Source: Octopus vulgaris (lineage: Eukaryota). Taken from it: a stretch of DNA of 64,000 nt. Below are positions 41,915 to 56,311 of the stretch, piece after piece. The stretch covers positions 91,760,001 through 91,824,000 of the forward strand of contig OX597820.1 in assembly GCA_951406725.2 (NCBI GenBank), in the 5' to 3' direction. The stretch's first letter is position 1, and the number at the start of each line of letters is the position of its first letter. The notes beneath the pieces were generated by a model. The model was not told where the DNA came from and did no database searches. It saw nothing but the letters and a program-made list of their open reading frames with translations. The position numbers and the translations under genes are program-made.

Positions 41915-42320
41915 GTCCTTTCTTTCTCTCTCCCTCTTTCTCTATCTGGATATATATATATATGTGTGTGTGTGTGTGTATGCAAACATGCATATACATA
42001 TAAAGATACATGCATACATACAACATGCCCACATATAAAATGTGCTCCACAACGACTTGAATTTGGAAGTTCGTAAAATATGCTAAAATCTGCAACTGAT
42101 GATATGATGGAAATATAAATAAGATATTCTTGAAACATGTTTCAGTAACATAGATTTGAAAAGTTTGATCGACTTTAACTGGTGTAACCGATGAATGCGA
42201 GAAAAGGTACGAGCTTTGAGGCTGGTTTGTAGTTGCAATGGGGCTGTTAGTGACGTGTCTCTGGATTATAAATGCTGCAATGGTTTTATTAAAAACTATA
42301 TCTATTTATCTATCTTTCTA

Positions 42321-42368
<48 letters not shown>

Positions 42369-42467
42369 CGTGTGTGCGTGCTTGCGTGTCAGTGTATGAA
42401 AGAGAATATAATTCAAAACAGACTTTGTACAATTCCTTCTTCTGGAACATGATGAACGTTTAAACGT

Positions 42468-42503
<36 letters not shown>

Positions 42504-43049
42504 ACGTGTGCGTATATTTAATGATTTCATTCTTTTACCTGATTTGGAGGAAGAAGTGAAAGGAGAAACCGCTGAAAGGAATAATCAAGTTATAGTAAAG
42601 GGGAAGATCTCAGAATAATTTCAGCAAAGGCACCTAAGTGTTTGTTGGAGGTGTTTAAGCATGGTCAGCGTGCGAGAGAATATATATATTGTATCTCTAT
42701 GAGTAAAAGTGTGCGTGTATTTGTGAAGAATCGCGTTGACACGAGCAAAATAGTGCGTGTACATTGGTATGTATAAATGAGATGTAATAGATATGTCAGA
42801 CAGACTTTAGGGCTGTATGAATATTTAGAATGCATTATGTAGATGCGCAGGTGAGTACGATGACTAGCAGTTTCAATGAGAATCCGCGCGTCTGTGTATA
42901 CACATATATGTAAGAATGCATACATGGATGTGTATACAGAGATGTATGGTTGTGTATGTTGGTAGATATGTGTTTAAGATATGAGTTAGCAGACAGCGGC
43001 ACAGATGAGTTTCTGGAAATCAGGGGGGATAAATTGACATGCAGTAGTA

Positions 43050-43572
43050 CCGGGCAGTGGCTCTCATGGCTTCTGATCTGAACTGATTGGCAGTGTCATC
43101 ATGTACATTGTTTTGTCTTTGTATAAAAGATGGGCAAATATTCTGCTCAATACCACACATTTACTTGTCAGTTGTTTGACCTTAACCAGTTGAGCATGTC
43201 CCTTAGTGGCTGATGATATGTGCATCTCTGATCATGAGCAGAAGTAGTGGGGGAGCACCATAGCCCTATCTTGAGAGGGATTCTTTGGTGTTTGAATAAT
43301 TCCCCCCTGGAAACATGGGTGTTTCGTTCAACATCCTTAAACAAACCTTATTCAGGGACCTTTTGAGAGGGACGTGTTACTCGACCAGAAGAAAATTCTA
43401 ACTGGGTACCTCCTGAAAGGTCATGCGCTGTTTATCTTGATATGTGATCACCAAGGTTGTGATGCATGTGCCTAGTGTACTCTTATCAGTCGAGTCATGA
43501 TGGGCTTTGTATATTTTTACCCCAGTGTCACGTTGATGGCATGCACTTCTCTCTCACTCAATAATAATAATG
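43050..43572 (+). mobile_element. Family C interspersed repeat with (AAT)n tail
   Basis: Reverse complement of 29210-29666 plus extra 5' sequence. Ends ctctctcactcaataataataat. Confidence 0.75.
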
Positions 43573-43699
43573 ATAATATATAGTTGCTAGTTTTATAACT
43601 TTGAGCCAGCACGGATCGCATATATATTTACAAAACGTGCTAGACATACGTATATATGTGTGTTTGTGTGTGTGCGTGAGAGAGAGAGAGAGAGAGAAA

Positions 43700-43910
43700 T
43701 ATTGGTTTGACATTTTGGTAGATTGCCAGCAAGTTTGTGGGGAGGAACTGAGACGATTATATTATCCCTAGTGCTCATCCGGTACTTATCTTATTGATCA
43801 CGAAAGATGAAAGGCAAGGTCAGCCTCTGCAGAATTTGAACAGAGAACTTAAAGACAAATGAAATGCCGCTAAGCATTTTGCCTGACGTGCTAATGTTTC
43901 CACCAGCTCA
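43700..43910 (-). mobile_element. SINE family A, decayed
   Basis: gatgaaaggcaaggtcagcctctgcagaatttgaac...gaaatgccgctaagcattttgcctgacgtgctaatgtttccaccagctc. Confidence 0.7.
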
Positions 43911-46900
43911 CAAAGTAGTTCTTTTCTAATTACAAAATGAAAAGGCGAAAAAATTTTAGCCAGATTTCTTTTTTTTTCAAAGGAATCCGCACAGTCAATA
44001 AATGAACTTTTAATGCAAATGCGATGATTATAGATATGATTATGCAAAACAAGACCTTCAGACTGCAAAATGTTTTAGAGAAATGGACATGGAATAAGGT
44101 TCTTGGAACTCACAAATACACAACAGACAGTACCAATATTTATCACGTAAACTTGTAGGCTACCTAAATAATGACACTCCTGCTAACTTTAGCAGAATAA
44201 AAATACTTTGTTTTAATAACTCTGTAAATTTGAATATAAATTCACGTTCTCATCTGACACGAACTGTGAACCACGTTAATTCTTATCAAACACTTATATC
44301 TATTTATTTCCATAAATTTCTTTTATTTTTATTTTTATTTTCCAATTCTTGCCAAATATAATGAAATTAATGTATTCCTAAAATGCCTTGCACCATTGTC
44401 ACATGAACTTTGAACACAGTTATGTGAGCAAATATTAAGAGACTAAACGTCATAATCGAAACTAAATTAAACGTAAGGAAGAAAATATGGTTTGTCTTTT
44501 CTAAAGAAAAATTGTGAACCTTTAGAGAGATTTCTCTCTCTTGTAAAGAAACATGGTGAGGAATCCAAGTATAAACATGGATGTTTGGTGGTAGGTTTGC
44601 ACGTATGTGTTTATATGTATGTATGTGCCCGCGCATGTGTAAGTAAATTTCAAATATTAATACATATCAAGAAACCAGATTTATTTACAAAAATGTTATT
44701 CTATGACATTTTGTTGGGGGAGAATTTTAGATTATTCGTGCTTTACAAGTCTCTCTCTAATTACGGTTATTATTATCACAATACGATAGGTTGTTTTAGG
44801 ATCACAGATTGTTTGAAATATAAAACAGCCTATTATAGCTTAAGTGATCAAAAGGTGATAATAATTATGAATATTAGATTAGAGTTTAAGAGTGTTGGTT
44901 AAATATATTGATTTCTTTCTTTTTATTTTTATATAAAACTCAAATGCGCAAGGGATTCTGTTTCAATTTTTACATACGTGAAAAGATGATTGATAGACGT
45001 CACTTTATATGCATTTTACCAAAAAATAAAAACAAAAGACAGGAGAGCGATCGTGGTGATTTGTTAAAATTTTTCAACGCAGTCAACCTTCGAACTGTTT
45101 CAAAATCAATATGCATTTCGTGTAAAATTGTTTGATTTCATAGAGAATAAACTTTAAAATTCTGCCACTTCTTTGTTGCTGAAGCATTGCTATTAAAGTT
45201 GTGTTTGTTTCCTTTATTCCATGTAATTTTTAATTGTATTTTTTTTTATATAAAACAGGCTAAAAGTTCGTAACACCAAATTAATATTTTGTTCCGCAGC
45301 CGAAAGCTATAGAAATAACTTAATAGGCTTAATTGCTAAAACGTTAAATATCGAAACAAAAGAGAAAATACAAAAGAAATAAGATTTGTGAATCAGCAAC
45401 ACTTCTAATATGAGAAGAGAAAAAGTGATAGTGGCTTCTGCGACAATTTCAGAGTAGCAGTTGATACGACTGATTTTCCAATATTCTTTCATATGAAGAA
45501 ATGGTGTGAAAATTAATTTGATATTAATAAGCTGAGATTCCAGTCTATGTCAATACCAATCAATACTACAATTCGAAATCTGTGACATGCTCCAGTGCTT
45601 CTAAGGTGATAATTGCTTGGGCAAAACGTTTCAGAAGCTATTATTCCCATCTTTAAACTTGGTGACGAAAAAAATAATGAAAATCTTCGGTAAATAAAAC
45701 AATAGACTGAAAATAGATCAATCGCGAAATGAAGAAATCATTCGTTCAAATTAATTTAAAGATAAATAATTAAACTTGTAGGCAGCAAGTGAGAGAGTGT
45801 ATTTTGGTGTTGTGTTGTTTTATACCTGAAATGATATAGTCATAAGCCGGTATTTTATTCGTTATGATTCTAATGGTCGTTATTTTTCGTTTTATTCTTA
45901 TTTTTCATTTATGTGTCACCTCTTGTATCTATTTGTGGTGGCTGTCAATTTCGTGACTGAATAATAAAGAATATCTTCAAAACAAAAACAAAAAAATATT
46001 AGATGTTCTTTATAACTAAAAATGTTTGAAAATCGAAGTAGAAAAGTCATTATAAAATGCACTGGATAGTCATTAATTGAGCATTTGAAAGTGATATATA
46101 AATCTTTTATAAAATTATGAAAACAACACCACTCAACACACACGCGCGCGCGCGCGCGCATGTGCACGCACGCGGGCAAACACACAATCATAGATACGCA
46201 CATATATATACATACATAATTATATATATATGCATTTCATGCATTGAATATATTTATACATGCATGCGCCCGTATGTGTGTGTGGCTGTGTGTAACATAT
46301 ATATAAATTATATAATATTTGCACAGATTTCTATACGTTTAGTTATTGAAAATCCCTTTAATGCTCGGGAATCGTTTACTATATTCTAACACCTTGGACT
46401 GTGCAAGGATTTTCCTTATATAATTCTGCTCTTCCACCTAGAACTTGCCAGAGCATTAAGCAATAAAGCACCACTCTCCGAGCTGAAACATTAGCTTCTT
46501 ATTTCTTATATCTGCTAAATTAGCTCGGCTTTTCGAGCCTATATGAATCAAACCAGTTGGTATAGCAATCTGCAATTGTCTAGCAAAAATACACACAATC
46601 ACACTTTCACACACACATATACACACACTCACACTCATGTACATATGCACATAAAAATATTTAAAATGCAATTGCTTATTTCTGTGTCACAATTTTATTG
46701 TTATTGTTTATGCCGTACCACTCTTCGTTGTGCAACACTTATGATCAAAAATATTCTAGTTATGATTGCTATAATGTTATACCTCTTAGAACACTTTTCA
46801 GAAATTTATGAGTAGAACATTGAAGAACTGAACAGAGATTCACTTATTGGCTTTCTTATTCCTGTATGTTTTGTAAATATCTTTGGATTTCATTGAACGA

Positions 46901-48161
46901 TACTTTTCTGTTAGCTTTTATCTCATGTTACAAGTTAATATTAAAATGCATATTGCAAGATTTCTGTGTATTATTTTACTGTATGCAGCATAGGCTAGTT
47001 TGGAAAACGACATGACCATTCAGTTTTTCAATTTCATTTTCCCTGCCAATTCATCCTGCTTCTCTCCCAACATATCTCCACACGCATATACGTACACATA
47101 TTCCTACGCTCACATTTTTGGGGACACACACACACACACATATATATATACCCTTGTCTGTGTACTATCTATGTAATCACGTCTACCTGTGATTGTAAAC
47201 ATGTAAATTAACATTAGCATATAATTGTATAAATAAATAGCTGAATATCTCTTTGTATGCTTGTCTGATAAAATCTTTGGTATAGTGTTCTGGATAATTA
47301 AATTTGGTCATTTTACCTGTCAGTTTTCACTTGTATGATTTCCTACCGTCAACAATCATTAAATTTCCAATATCTGGTGAATGGACACTCGTTAAAGTCA
47401 ATATCTGTTAAACTTCTTTTATCGATCAGGATACAGTAAGTGGTGATATCTTTCAGTATATTTCTTTCGTTCTACTCCAATGCTGTTTCCTCGAATATTA
47501 CTTACGCTTCACACAGACGTTAAGTTACCAAGCAATAGCAAGAAATGTTGGAAACCGTATTTAGTTGTGCTACAAAAGTTCAAATAAGATGCTTTCAACT
47601 GAATTGATGCGGGAACAAGAAATTGTACAAACGTAGTTATCGATTTCTTACATTGAGTAAAAACAATCTGTGATGAAGATTTCTACATAGAATATTTACG
47701 ATAGTATGTTTCATAATCTAGCTATTACAGATTCATGGATCGTCAGGAATATGATTTAGTTAAACATCAAGAACCTTAGAAATTCCCGAAACAATGAATT
47801 TGATGAAAAATGACGAATCCAGGGAATTCCATGAAAATACAAATACACTTAACACTTAAAAACAGTGATGAAATTTGATAATCGTAGATAATTATCCTAA
47901 TTGTCATCACACATTCGTCATTGCTTAGGTCATGGTCATTCGCTTAAGTCTATTATGTGCAATTATTTATCATCACATTTTGAATATCTTCGCTTTAATC
48001 GCTTGTAATTGTAAGCATAAATTGAGGGGGTTGTCTACACAACCATTATGTTGTGCTTTCACTTCTATACGACTGAATGTCCCTTTCAGAATGATTATAT
48101 TCATTTCGAAATCATGTTTCAGTTATAACAGGGAGATACAGATATACGAAGCACACTTGTA

Positions 48162-48382
48162 CGAGTGGGGCGGGGCTGAAAAGCTCACGGCTTTAAGGGT
48201 ATCGCGAAAGGCCTAGCTGGAGGCCAAGCAATCCGAGTTCTTTCACAGTGCTTAGAAAAGCTGAAGAGTCGCTGCAATAAGTATATCAATCTGAGAGGGG
48301 AATGTGTTGAATAAACTCATAATTAACTGGTCTTCCTGTATTTTCTTTTACTAAAAGCCAGGAACTTTCCAGCTCACCTTCG
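48162..48382 (+). mobile_element. Mariner-derived MITE (about 220 bp)
   Basis: TIR-like ends gctgaaaagctcacggcttta and aaagccaggaactttccagc, TA on the left flank. Internal sequence translates like a mariner C-terminus (LEKLKSRCNKYINLRGECVE*). Confidence 0.7.
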
Positions 48383-48714
48383 AATAGTAATTTAATTTGA
48401 TTTACAACTTCATAGATACATTTTTTTAAATACAGTGGCATATTAAAAAAAAATATATATTTTCCACTGAAATACAAAACATGTGGCGGTTGTCTATACT
48501 GGCAAAAATTATACAGTTGTATAAGTTTGTATGTCGAGGTGAGTTTGCACATGTTTGAGTGCCATGGGGAAAAGGAAGACTGTTATTTAGGACTGACTGA
48601 GAAGAAAACTGAATTCTTTTCTTCTACGGCAAAGAATTGTTCTCAAATATCAGTAATCTATCCAGAGTATACGAAGTTATCCAACAATATGATCGCGATA
48701 TTTTCTAATAAATA

Positions 48715-48875
48715 GACGGTGGCATGGCTGTGTAGTAAGAAGCTTGCTCCCCAACCACATGGTTCCGGGGTCAGTCCAACTGCATGACACCTTGGGTAAG
48801 CATCATCTACTATAGCCTCAAGTCAACCAAAGATTCGTGAGGGGATTTGGTAGACGGAAACTGAAAGAAGCCTTC

Positions 48876-48924
<49 letters not shown>

Positions 48925-48938
48925 CCCCCCCACACACA

Positions 48939-48990
<52 letters not shown>

Positions 48991-49039
48991 CAGCTAAAGG
49001 TGCTGCTCCAGTATAACCGCAGTCAATGACTGAAACAAG
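48715..49039 (+). mobile_element. tRNA-derived SINE family B with internal (TA)n
   Basis: A-box-like tggctgtgtagtaag and B-box-like gggtcagtcc. Body caccttgggtaag...ggatttggtagacggaaactgaaagaagcc and tail gctccagtataaccgcagtcaatgactgaaacaag are shared with 60237-60620. Confidence 0.8.
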
Positions 49040-49619
49040 GCGTGACTCATAATCTTACAAAACTGATATATGATAAAGCTTCTTTAATTTGACACGTATT
49101 AGAAAGGAGTTGTAACTGAAACAAATTTATAATATATACATGCAAAATAACGAGCGAGTGAGGAGAGCTTTTAACAATATTAAAAGGGACAACTGTGTAA
49201 CATTTATATTTTTCGGGCACATTCAGTTTAGAAATGTGAGTTTATATCTACCATCCAGATTGGTAAACGGGCAGTGACACTATTTTCCCGGCAACTATAA
49301 TATAGGCAGCAGCAGCACTTCTACAGCAATGAGGTTGACAGGGACTGTAGTAGTCATTGTTAGGATGGTGTTTGATAGCTAGTTGTAGGTTGGCAGCTCT
49401 GGTGATTGTCTATACGAGACGTTGGTGGTGTTGTCTCACCGGTTGTGGTAGTAGTGGACGTTATGGTTCTGAGAAGCAATATCATCATCGTCGTAGTGAT
49501 TACATCGGCTGCGGCTGCGGCTATCATGTAGGCAACAGTACTAATCATTGACGCAGTGGTGTTAACATTGAATGTGGCAGCGGCGAAGTTGGCGATGTTG
49601 GGGATGTTTTAGCAGCCAC

Positions 49620-49840
49620 CAGCGGGATTCCGATTGAGTATAGATCTTCGGGTCAAGGCGGTGAATAAACAAAGACTCTTTGATTTGAAGATTTTGTAAA
49701 TTTTCTCTGTGGGTAGTTTGGGAATATCTATCTTGTTCGTAAGTGTTACAGCATTTAAGAATGTTCTTACAGAAGAGAGATCCGTGTTTTGTCAAATGTT
49801 CCACATCCGATTCAAGGCACGCCTTCAGTTTTCTGTACCC
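49620..49840 (-). mobile_element. PLE GIY-YIG endonuclease C-terminal fragment
   Basis: Peptide EH...NLQIKESLFIHRLDPKIYTQ resembles the LxIKExLxIxxxxPxLN helix ending PLE GIY-YIG domains. Confidence 0.5.
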
Positions 49841-50074
49841 ACCATTGCAGCCAACCTACAGCAAGCCTCTCACCACCACCTCCACTATGACCTCTACACC
49901 AGAGATAACTACCACTGCAATCGCATTCGTTGGACAATGCAGTGTCTTTCGGTAGTCTAAACGGCAGGATGGACATAAACACACATTTGTAAACCGTTTA
50001 TTATATATATACATTACCATAAATTTTGTGTCGAAGTGAAAAGAAAGAAAAAAAGGCTGCTCATTACTTAAATC

Positions 50075-50468
50075 TTTCTAATTTTGGTACAAGGCTAGCA
50101 ATTTTGAGAAGACAGGGAAGTTGATTCTAAGGTTTGACGAGTAATTTATTTTATCGACCCCGAAATTTATGGTCGACATCAAAGGGATTTGAATTTAGAA
50201 CGAAAAGTGACCGAAGAAATTCTTTCTCTGCATTTTGTCCGACGCGCTAAATTATTTAATAAACAATATAATTTATATAAATTTCAAATTTTAGTGCAAA
50301 CCCATTAAGTCGAATACATCGACCACATTGTTCAACAGGTACTAAATTTATCAAAAGGATGGAAAGCTAAGTTGTTCTCGACAGAATTTGAGCTCAAAAC
50401 ACGAAGACGGACGAAATACCGCTAAGCATTTTGCTCGGCGTGCTAACGACTCTGCCCAATCACCGTCT
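50075..50468 (-). mobile_element. Two tandem decayed SINE family A copies (about 50075-50250 and 50283-50468)
   Basis: gacgaaataccgctaagcattttgctcggcgtgctaacgactctgcc and ttttatcgaccccgaaa motifs. Confidence 0.7.
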
Positions 50469-52109
50469 TAATATAATTAATACCAGTATATGTTTGGTCC
50501 CGTTTATATCAATATATGGTTGTCTTTATACCATGAATTATTTGTATGTAAATCAACGTCGACCCACGGCAGATTTTGTACGCAACGTATAAATATAAAA
50601 TTATATATTCATGGCTATATATTGAATTCAACATTCCACGGTTTCTGCAATCGGATCATAAATATTTGTAGATTGAAATGATCCAGCTTTACATTTTATT
50701 CTTTTAACTTTTGTCTCGTGATTGACAGAAAATATCTTAACACTCTTAGCTTTTAAATTTCTTATATCTCTCACATATTTACATGCGACAACCATTAGCT
50801 TCAAGGCATTTAAACATTTATTTCATCTCCCATTAAATTATGCCTCGCCTTTTATCGTTAACAAATAGGAATGAAGTTAATAAATATCCCTGATTGATAC
50901 ATTTGAATAATGTGAATTCATATTTTCAGGTAACGAAAATATAACATTTTACGATAAGTTGATAAAAGTGTGCAATCTCAATGGAGAATTATTCTTTTCA
51001 GATTAATTATAACTAAGTTACTGTTTCACTAGCTTAGTAAAACATTTTAATACATTTATGATCTATACAAAATAAGATACAAACTGAATTTCACAGTTAA
51101 ATTCCATTTACGCGAGCAGAGTCGGGAATGATCAAGAGCACTGGCGATCGACGATAACAATTAAAAAATGTTAACGTCACTTGAATAGCAAGAATTACAA
51201 GTTTTGTTTGGGTAGGACATATTGACATAAGAGATATTATTTTGTACCTTCAAGGATTTTCTTTTATGCCCTTTATGAAGTCTTAAAACAATTCTATACA
51301 TTTTTGTACTTGCTTTCATTTTAATTCTATCTTATTCTATACATTTACATCATTTTATTTACAAAGATTTTTGTTTCATTCATCTGGTTACCCTACATAA
51401 TCAGTCACTTAGTCCTCCGGTATTCTATTTATCTTCACATATGCATGCATTCTGATACCATGTTATTGACTACTTCTGTTAAATCATGAGCATGTAGATA
51501 AGTGTGATGTTTCATACATAATAATAATAATAAAGTAATATTTTGACACATAATTAAAATAACTGGAATAAATATGGAACATATTTGAAATGAAAGAATC
51601 TATAATTGAGCGAGTGTATAAATTAAATATACTACAATATTCTGGAGAATGAAGAGTGAAAATGAATCACAGGTATATATTGACAGAGCTGTGTGGTAAA
51701 GAATAATGGAAAACCCTGAAGGCAAAAGAGTATAAGTGGTAATTTCAATTTATACCGTCGCATTTGCTAGCGGAGGCTTATATAAGTGATCTCATTTACG
51801 CAGTAGCTGTGAAACAAGCATTTGGATGTCGGCGAACTGCAGCAGTTAGAATCAGCCATCACTATGCATATATATAAAGAAAAACACATATGCACACATA
51901 TTTATATACACACGTATATTTACAGGTATGTATATAAATACATATACATATACGTATACATTTATAAATGTTTATGTATAACTTTATCAATGTGTGTGCC
52001 TACATATATGTAAGCACGTGTTTATAGACGTAATGTTATAATAAAAACTCCAAAGAACTGTGGTTTATATATATATATGTGTGTGTGTGTGTGTTTATAT
52101 ATATATATA

Positions 52110-52160
<51 letters not shown>

Positions 52161-52399
52161 ATGTATGTATTCACACACACGTGTGTGGGGGGGGGTCTGT
52201 GCATGCGTACTAAGGTTTCAACAAGTAAAACACCATCGATCAACTAAGAAAGTAATGTTACGATAAAAACCACAGTTCTTTGTAGTTTTTATTATAACAT
52301 TATGTCTATCTGTCTGTCGGTATGTATGTATGTATCTTGTATGTATAGAAAAGGGAAGAGTAGAGAAACATTCTCTTGGTTTGCGCAATGTTTACGCCG

Positions 52400-52540
52400 T
52401 CATGAACTCAACTGAAAGACGTACTTTATGATTAACGTGTGAAGTGACTGAATATTCCGTAGATACATACACTCATCGCAATTTGCGAGAAGATCGGTGT
52501 GACACATAATGTGATTCAACGGGTCCTATAAAGATACAAA
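52400..52540 (+). repeat. Decayed copy of repeat family D (see 62345-62590)
   Basis: attaacgtgtgaagtgactgaatattccgtagatac...gtgacac aligns with the reverse complement of 62410-62520. Confidence 0.55.
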
Positions 52541-53213
52541 CCGTTCGACATAATAGATTCTCTTCACTAAATCCCACTGAGAAGGTTTAGTTCCACTTTG
52601 ATCAGACTAGCTAGAACAGGGGTCAGTGGAGTTTTTACTCCAAATATATTTATTTATGCTGACGTTACCCCTTGATTTAAAAGGAAGAATTTCATAGATT
52701 CTTTGAATTCCAGAAGTTTATTGAATCGCTTTATATGAGTCTATTTACACATCCATTACATTGGACAGATGCCGTGTTGCCAGAAGAAAATTTTCTGTTG
52801 TAACAAAGAACACGATTTGTATGTAATTTTATTCATGTTTCATCAGTCCCCAGAGAGTTCTATTTTTACTCCACTTGAGATAATTTACCCCGGTTTGCCG
52901 ACCCCTGAGCTACAAGGAATTGAGAACACCAACACAGATCTTGCATTTGTGATTCAAGCTTGTTAATTATTCACACATACACTAACACCCATACACACAC
53001 ATACATACATACGCATATCAATGATTTGTATTTCCTAATTAACGTGGAAATACTGTGAGAACAACACTACCTATAGTGCAATATTCGTTTTGGGAAGGCA
53101 TCTTGTATAGATGTACAATGCTAAGAAGTGCAAAATTAGCTGCAGATGAAAAATATCCTGCACATACGTGATTACGTGATTTCCGTGTTCTCTGTGTCTT
53201 TGTGCGTCATCAG

Positions 53214-53303
53214 CAATCAAGCATCCATTATCTCCGCATCGTAGCCAAATCTCAATTCTGCTCATAGCAAAAAGAACAGTTTCAAATATAGCTGGATGAC
53301 TGG
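53214..53303 (+). CDS. Weak candidate exon (90 nt) with a stop just before the donor
   Basis: Long pyrimidine tract ...tctgtgtctttgtgcgtcatcag and CTGG|gtaaaa donor. Phase 1 reading is AIKHPLSPHRSQISILLIAKRTVSNIAG*. Confidence 0.2.
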
Positions 53304-53748
53304 GTAAAATTTAGTTATTAGAGACAGAAGCAGTATTAGTACCAAAGAATAAATTGTATGTATATCTTACTAAACAGGGATATGTCCTCACAACGCCATA
53401 AGACGAGATCCTTTAGATACCAAATTAATTTACTAAGCCCAGTATTGTTACGTTTATTGATATGTCTAAAGGTAGAGTAATGATTAGATATCCTTTTGGA
53501 GAATTGAGATGAGGAACTATATAAAAAAAATCGTCAGAACCGGAAGTAATTTTATATTGATAAATAGAGATTTTAGCCTTAGAATTACTAAGGAAACGAA
53601 TGCGATTTGAATCAACATCAGAAACACTAACACCGCTGCTATTATTGTTTAAAGAATGGTTAGTGTTAATAAGATCAATGCTATTATTTTCATTAAGTGG
53701 ATTTGTAATTAACAACATATTATTATGCGAAAATTGATTTGTCGTGTA

Positions 53749-54620
53749 GGCTTTGTCGTGCAGCAGACGAACTCCATACTTCCGATTAGGTCTTTTCTCG
53801 TGAATAGCCGTGGTTCCATCTGTTGAACATAGAGTTCAGCGTTGACCGTTGGGATCCCTTCAAGCAATTTGTAATGGATAATTCTTTCCCAGTTCCACCA
53901 TATGCATAACATCATTTTACACGGATGAAGATCTTGTTTCACGGGCGGTGTCGCTTGTTTACCGGGGCTAAGTCATATTGATGCACGGGCAACATTTTTC
54001 GTCGCCAGTAATGATTCGGTAAGGAAATCGTTACTTGTGTCCATGAGCTGAGTGGTGACGAGCCAGCAAACTAGCAGAGATTGTGGCTCGTTGATTTTTG
54101 TTGATGTCACTTAAAGCATGCGGGACCCATACTCCATACTTCTGAACCTTGCCCATCGGGTGAAGATGCTTTTCTATAGCAGTGTGGGAGCATTCCATTT
54201 TCTTTGCCAGTTCCCTTGTCGTTTGACGAGAATTTTTGTGCAAGTGTTGCTTTAATCGCTGTTTATCGAACTCATCTGGACGGTGAGAACGAGGTGTGTC
54301 TTTGAGGTCAACATTTCTATTTTTGAACTTGGCATACTGATCACGAGCGGATCTTTCAGCTATGTGACTCCCACCATACACGGTACAAATGTTGCTGGCA
54401 GCTAATGCGGCCTTAGAACCTTGGTTAAAAGCAAAAGGATGGAGTTGTCGACAATGCTCGTGTTTCTTAACTTGACATTCCATTTTAATGATCTGAAAAT
54501 AAGCAAATTTAACTAGAATTAACTAGAAAAATAAGAACAAAATAGATTCTAAAATTATTCCAAAATATAATTCTCGAAAAATAATAGATTCCAAAATTTA
54601 AAAACGCAATAAATTCCAAA
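53749..54620 (-). mobile_element. Mariner transposon, 3'-truncated, with transposase pseudogene
   Basis: ORF 54031-54483 has the mariner N-terminal HTH region (PRSHRP, QTTRELA, WVPHALS). After a stop comes ITGDEK, then frameshifted KMMLCIWWN and LLHDKA, where it breaks at ~53749. The YSPDLAP motif and 3' TIR are absent. Confidence 0.9.
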
Positions 54621-54621
<1 letters not shown>

Positions 54622-54668
<47 letters not shown>

Positions 54669-54758
54669 GTATATATATATATATAGATATACATATATAT
54701 ATATATATGTATATATATATGTATATATATATATATATAGATAGATATATATATAGAG

Positions 54759-54822
<64 letters not shown>

Positions 54823-54860
54823 ATATAAATATTTATATATATATATACATTTATATATGT
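54622..54860. repeat. Compound (TA)n/(GATA)n microsatellite
   Basis: Directly visible. Confidence 0.95.
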
Positions 54861-55605
54861 AGAAATCTAAGTAATAAGTTCATTATAGACATGTATAATA
54901 TCAAATCTTATATAAAACACAAATAACAATGATCAAAATAGATAAGTGATGTTAGAAGTTCAAGTTAGAATTCGAATTTTTACTTTTAACTTCTCTTTTA
55001 ACTTTAATTTTTAGTAGTGTTTTACATAAGATTTTATCTTATACATGGCTCTAACGAACTTTTTGCTTCTTATTTCCATATTTGAATCGCCTGCTTTTGC
55101 AGGCTATTGTTTTGATATGCTGAATATTTATTAGAAATATTTCTTTTGGGATTCCCTACGCACGGATATATATTAGTACGAGTTGAAAAGAAATATGCTT
55201 TACTGTAAGCATGCTCGTACGATTTGCATGCATGTCTCAGTTTTCGGTGTATTCAATATATGCTACAATATAAACCAGTCATGAATATGACCGGGTATTC
55301 AGTCGAGCTCACATTAGAAAAATCTATCAGTACTATTCCTAATTCCACAACCTTTTTTTAGCAATAATTCTTTGTAATATACAGAAATATATCATGTATT
55401 ATGTGAATAGCAAACTTATTACTTCATTGTTCTATTACGTGGAAAATTTCACACCAAAATATACGTAAAGATACCTTGATGTAGACCATGAATTATCACA
55501 CTTATATAATGTGCTTATATTTAACATTCATAATTTGTTCTTTAAATTTGTCTAGTACATTTCTCTTATGACGTTTTGATATATTTGTTTCATTTTATTT
55601 CACAG

Positions 55606-55645
55606 ACGAACCTATGTACTATGGATAAGAAAACAAAATTCAGAG
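55606..55645 (+). CDS. Candidate 40 nt exon
   Basis: Strong acceptor tttgtttcattttatttcacag and GAG|gtaaat donor. Phase 1 after 18918 gives DEPMYYG*. The other two frames are open. Confidence 0.4.
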
Positions 55646-56288
55646 GTAAATATTGCTTCATTAATTTTCAAATAATCATTTCATCTTACATTCTATGTTA
55701 TGGAGACCATGATATGTTCAAACGACTCTGAACAATGAAATACGCTATATTACACACGAAGTAATTTTTTTATTAATGGAGCCGTGATACATAACTCACT
55801 TTTATACGCCCATTGAATTCAATATTTTTATAAAGCAAAGGAAAATATTAAAAGAATATTGATTGAGCAGTGACTGGAAGAACTAGTGATAATTGTATAT
55901 ACAAATATACTTACATAGGATAATAAATATAGCGGATTCATGGCATAATCAGTGACTTGCGGAGCAAAATCCCTTATCACTTTTTTCATTCCATCATTTT
56001 ATACACCAATTGTGAATTCTCAATTCTTACACTTATTTCACGTTTTCTGAAACTGAAAATATTGTAATTATTCAAATTTGAAACATTATTTGTCCTTGCT
56101 TTTATGTTTTCTTTCATCCTCAAAAGACATAAACTTTGTTACTGCATTTTTTATACGTTTTGGTATGATTACTTGTATTGTATATGTTACATTATTTGCA
56201 TTTAATATATGTTTGCAGCTGTATATATCATATTTGTTCCACAATGAACAATTTTAACATATCTTTTGCTTCTGTTGTCCTTGCGCCA

Positions 56289-56311
56289 GACTGGTTTCGA
56301 CAAGTCACATA
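56289..56311 (+). CDS. Start of a candidate terminal exon
   Basis: Acceptor tcttttgcttctgttgtccttgcgccag. Phase 1 reading is DWFRQVT*. Followed by over 1 kb of AT-rich sequence without recognised repeats (possible 3' UTR). Confidence 0.25.

Noticed and set aside
47495-47575. Minus-strand exon-like segment with a gtaagt donor
   Set aside because: Stops in all three frames. It shows that splice-like signals occur by chance here, which also tempers the plus-strand exon calls.
48715-48790. tRNA gene (also at 61680 and 60620)
   Set aside because: A- and B-box-like motifs are SINE heads followed by SINE bodies; no full cloverleaf.
50920-50935. Recursive splice site ttttcag|gtaacg
   Set aside because: Weak donor and short pyrimidine tract; expected by chance without nascent RNA data.
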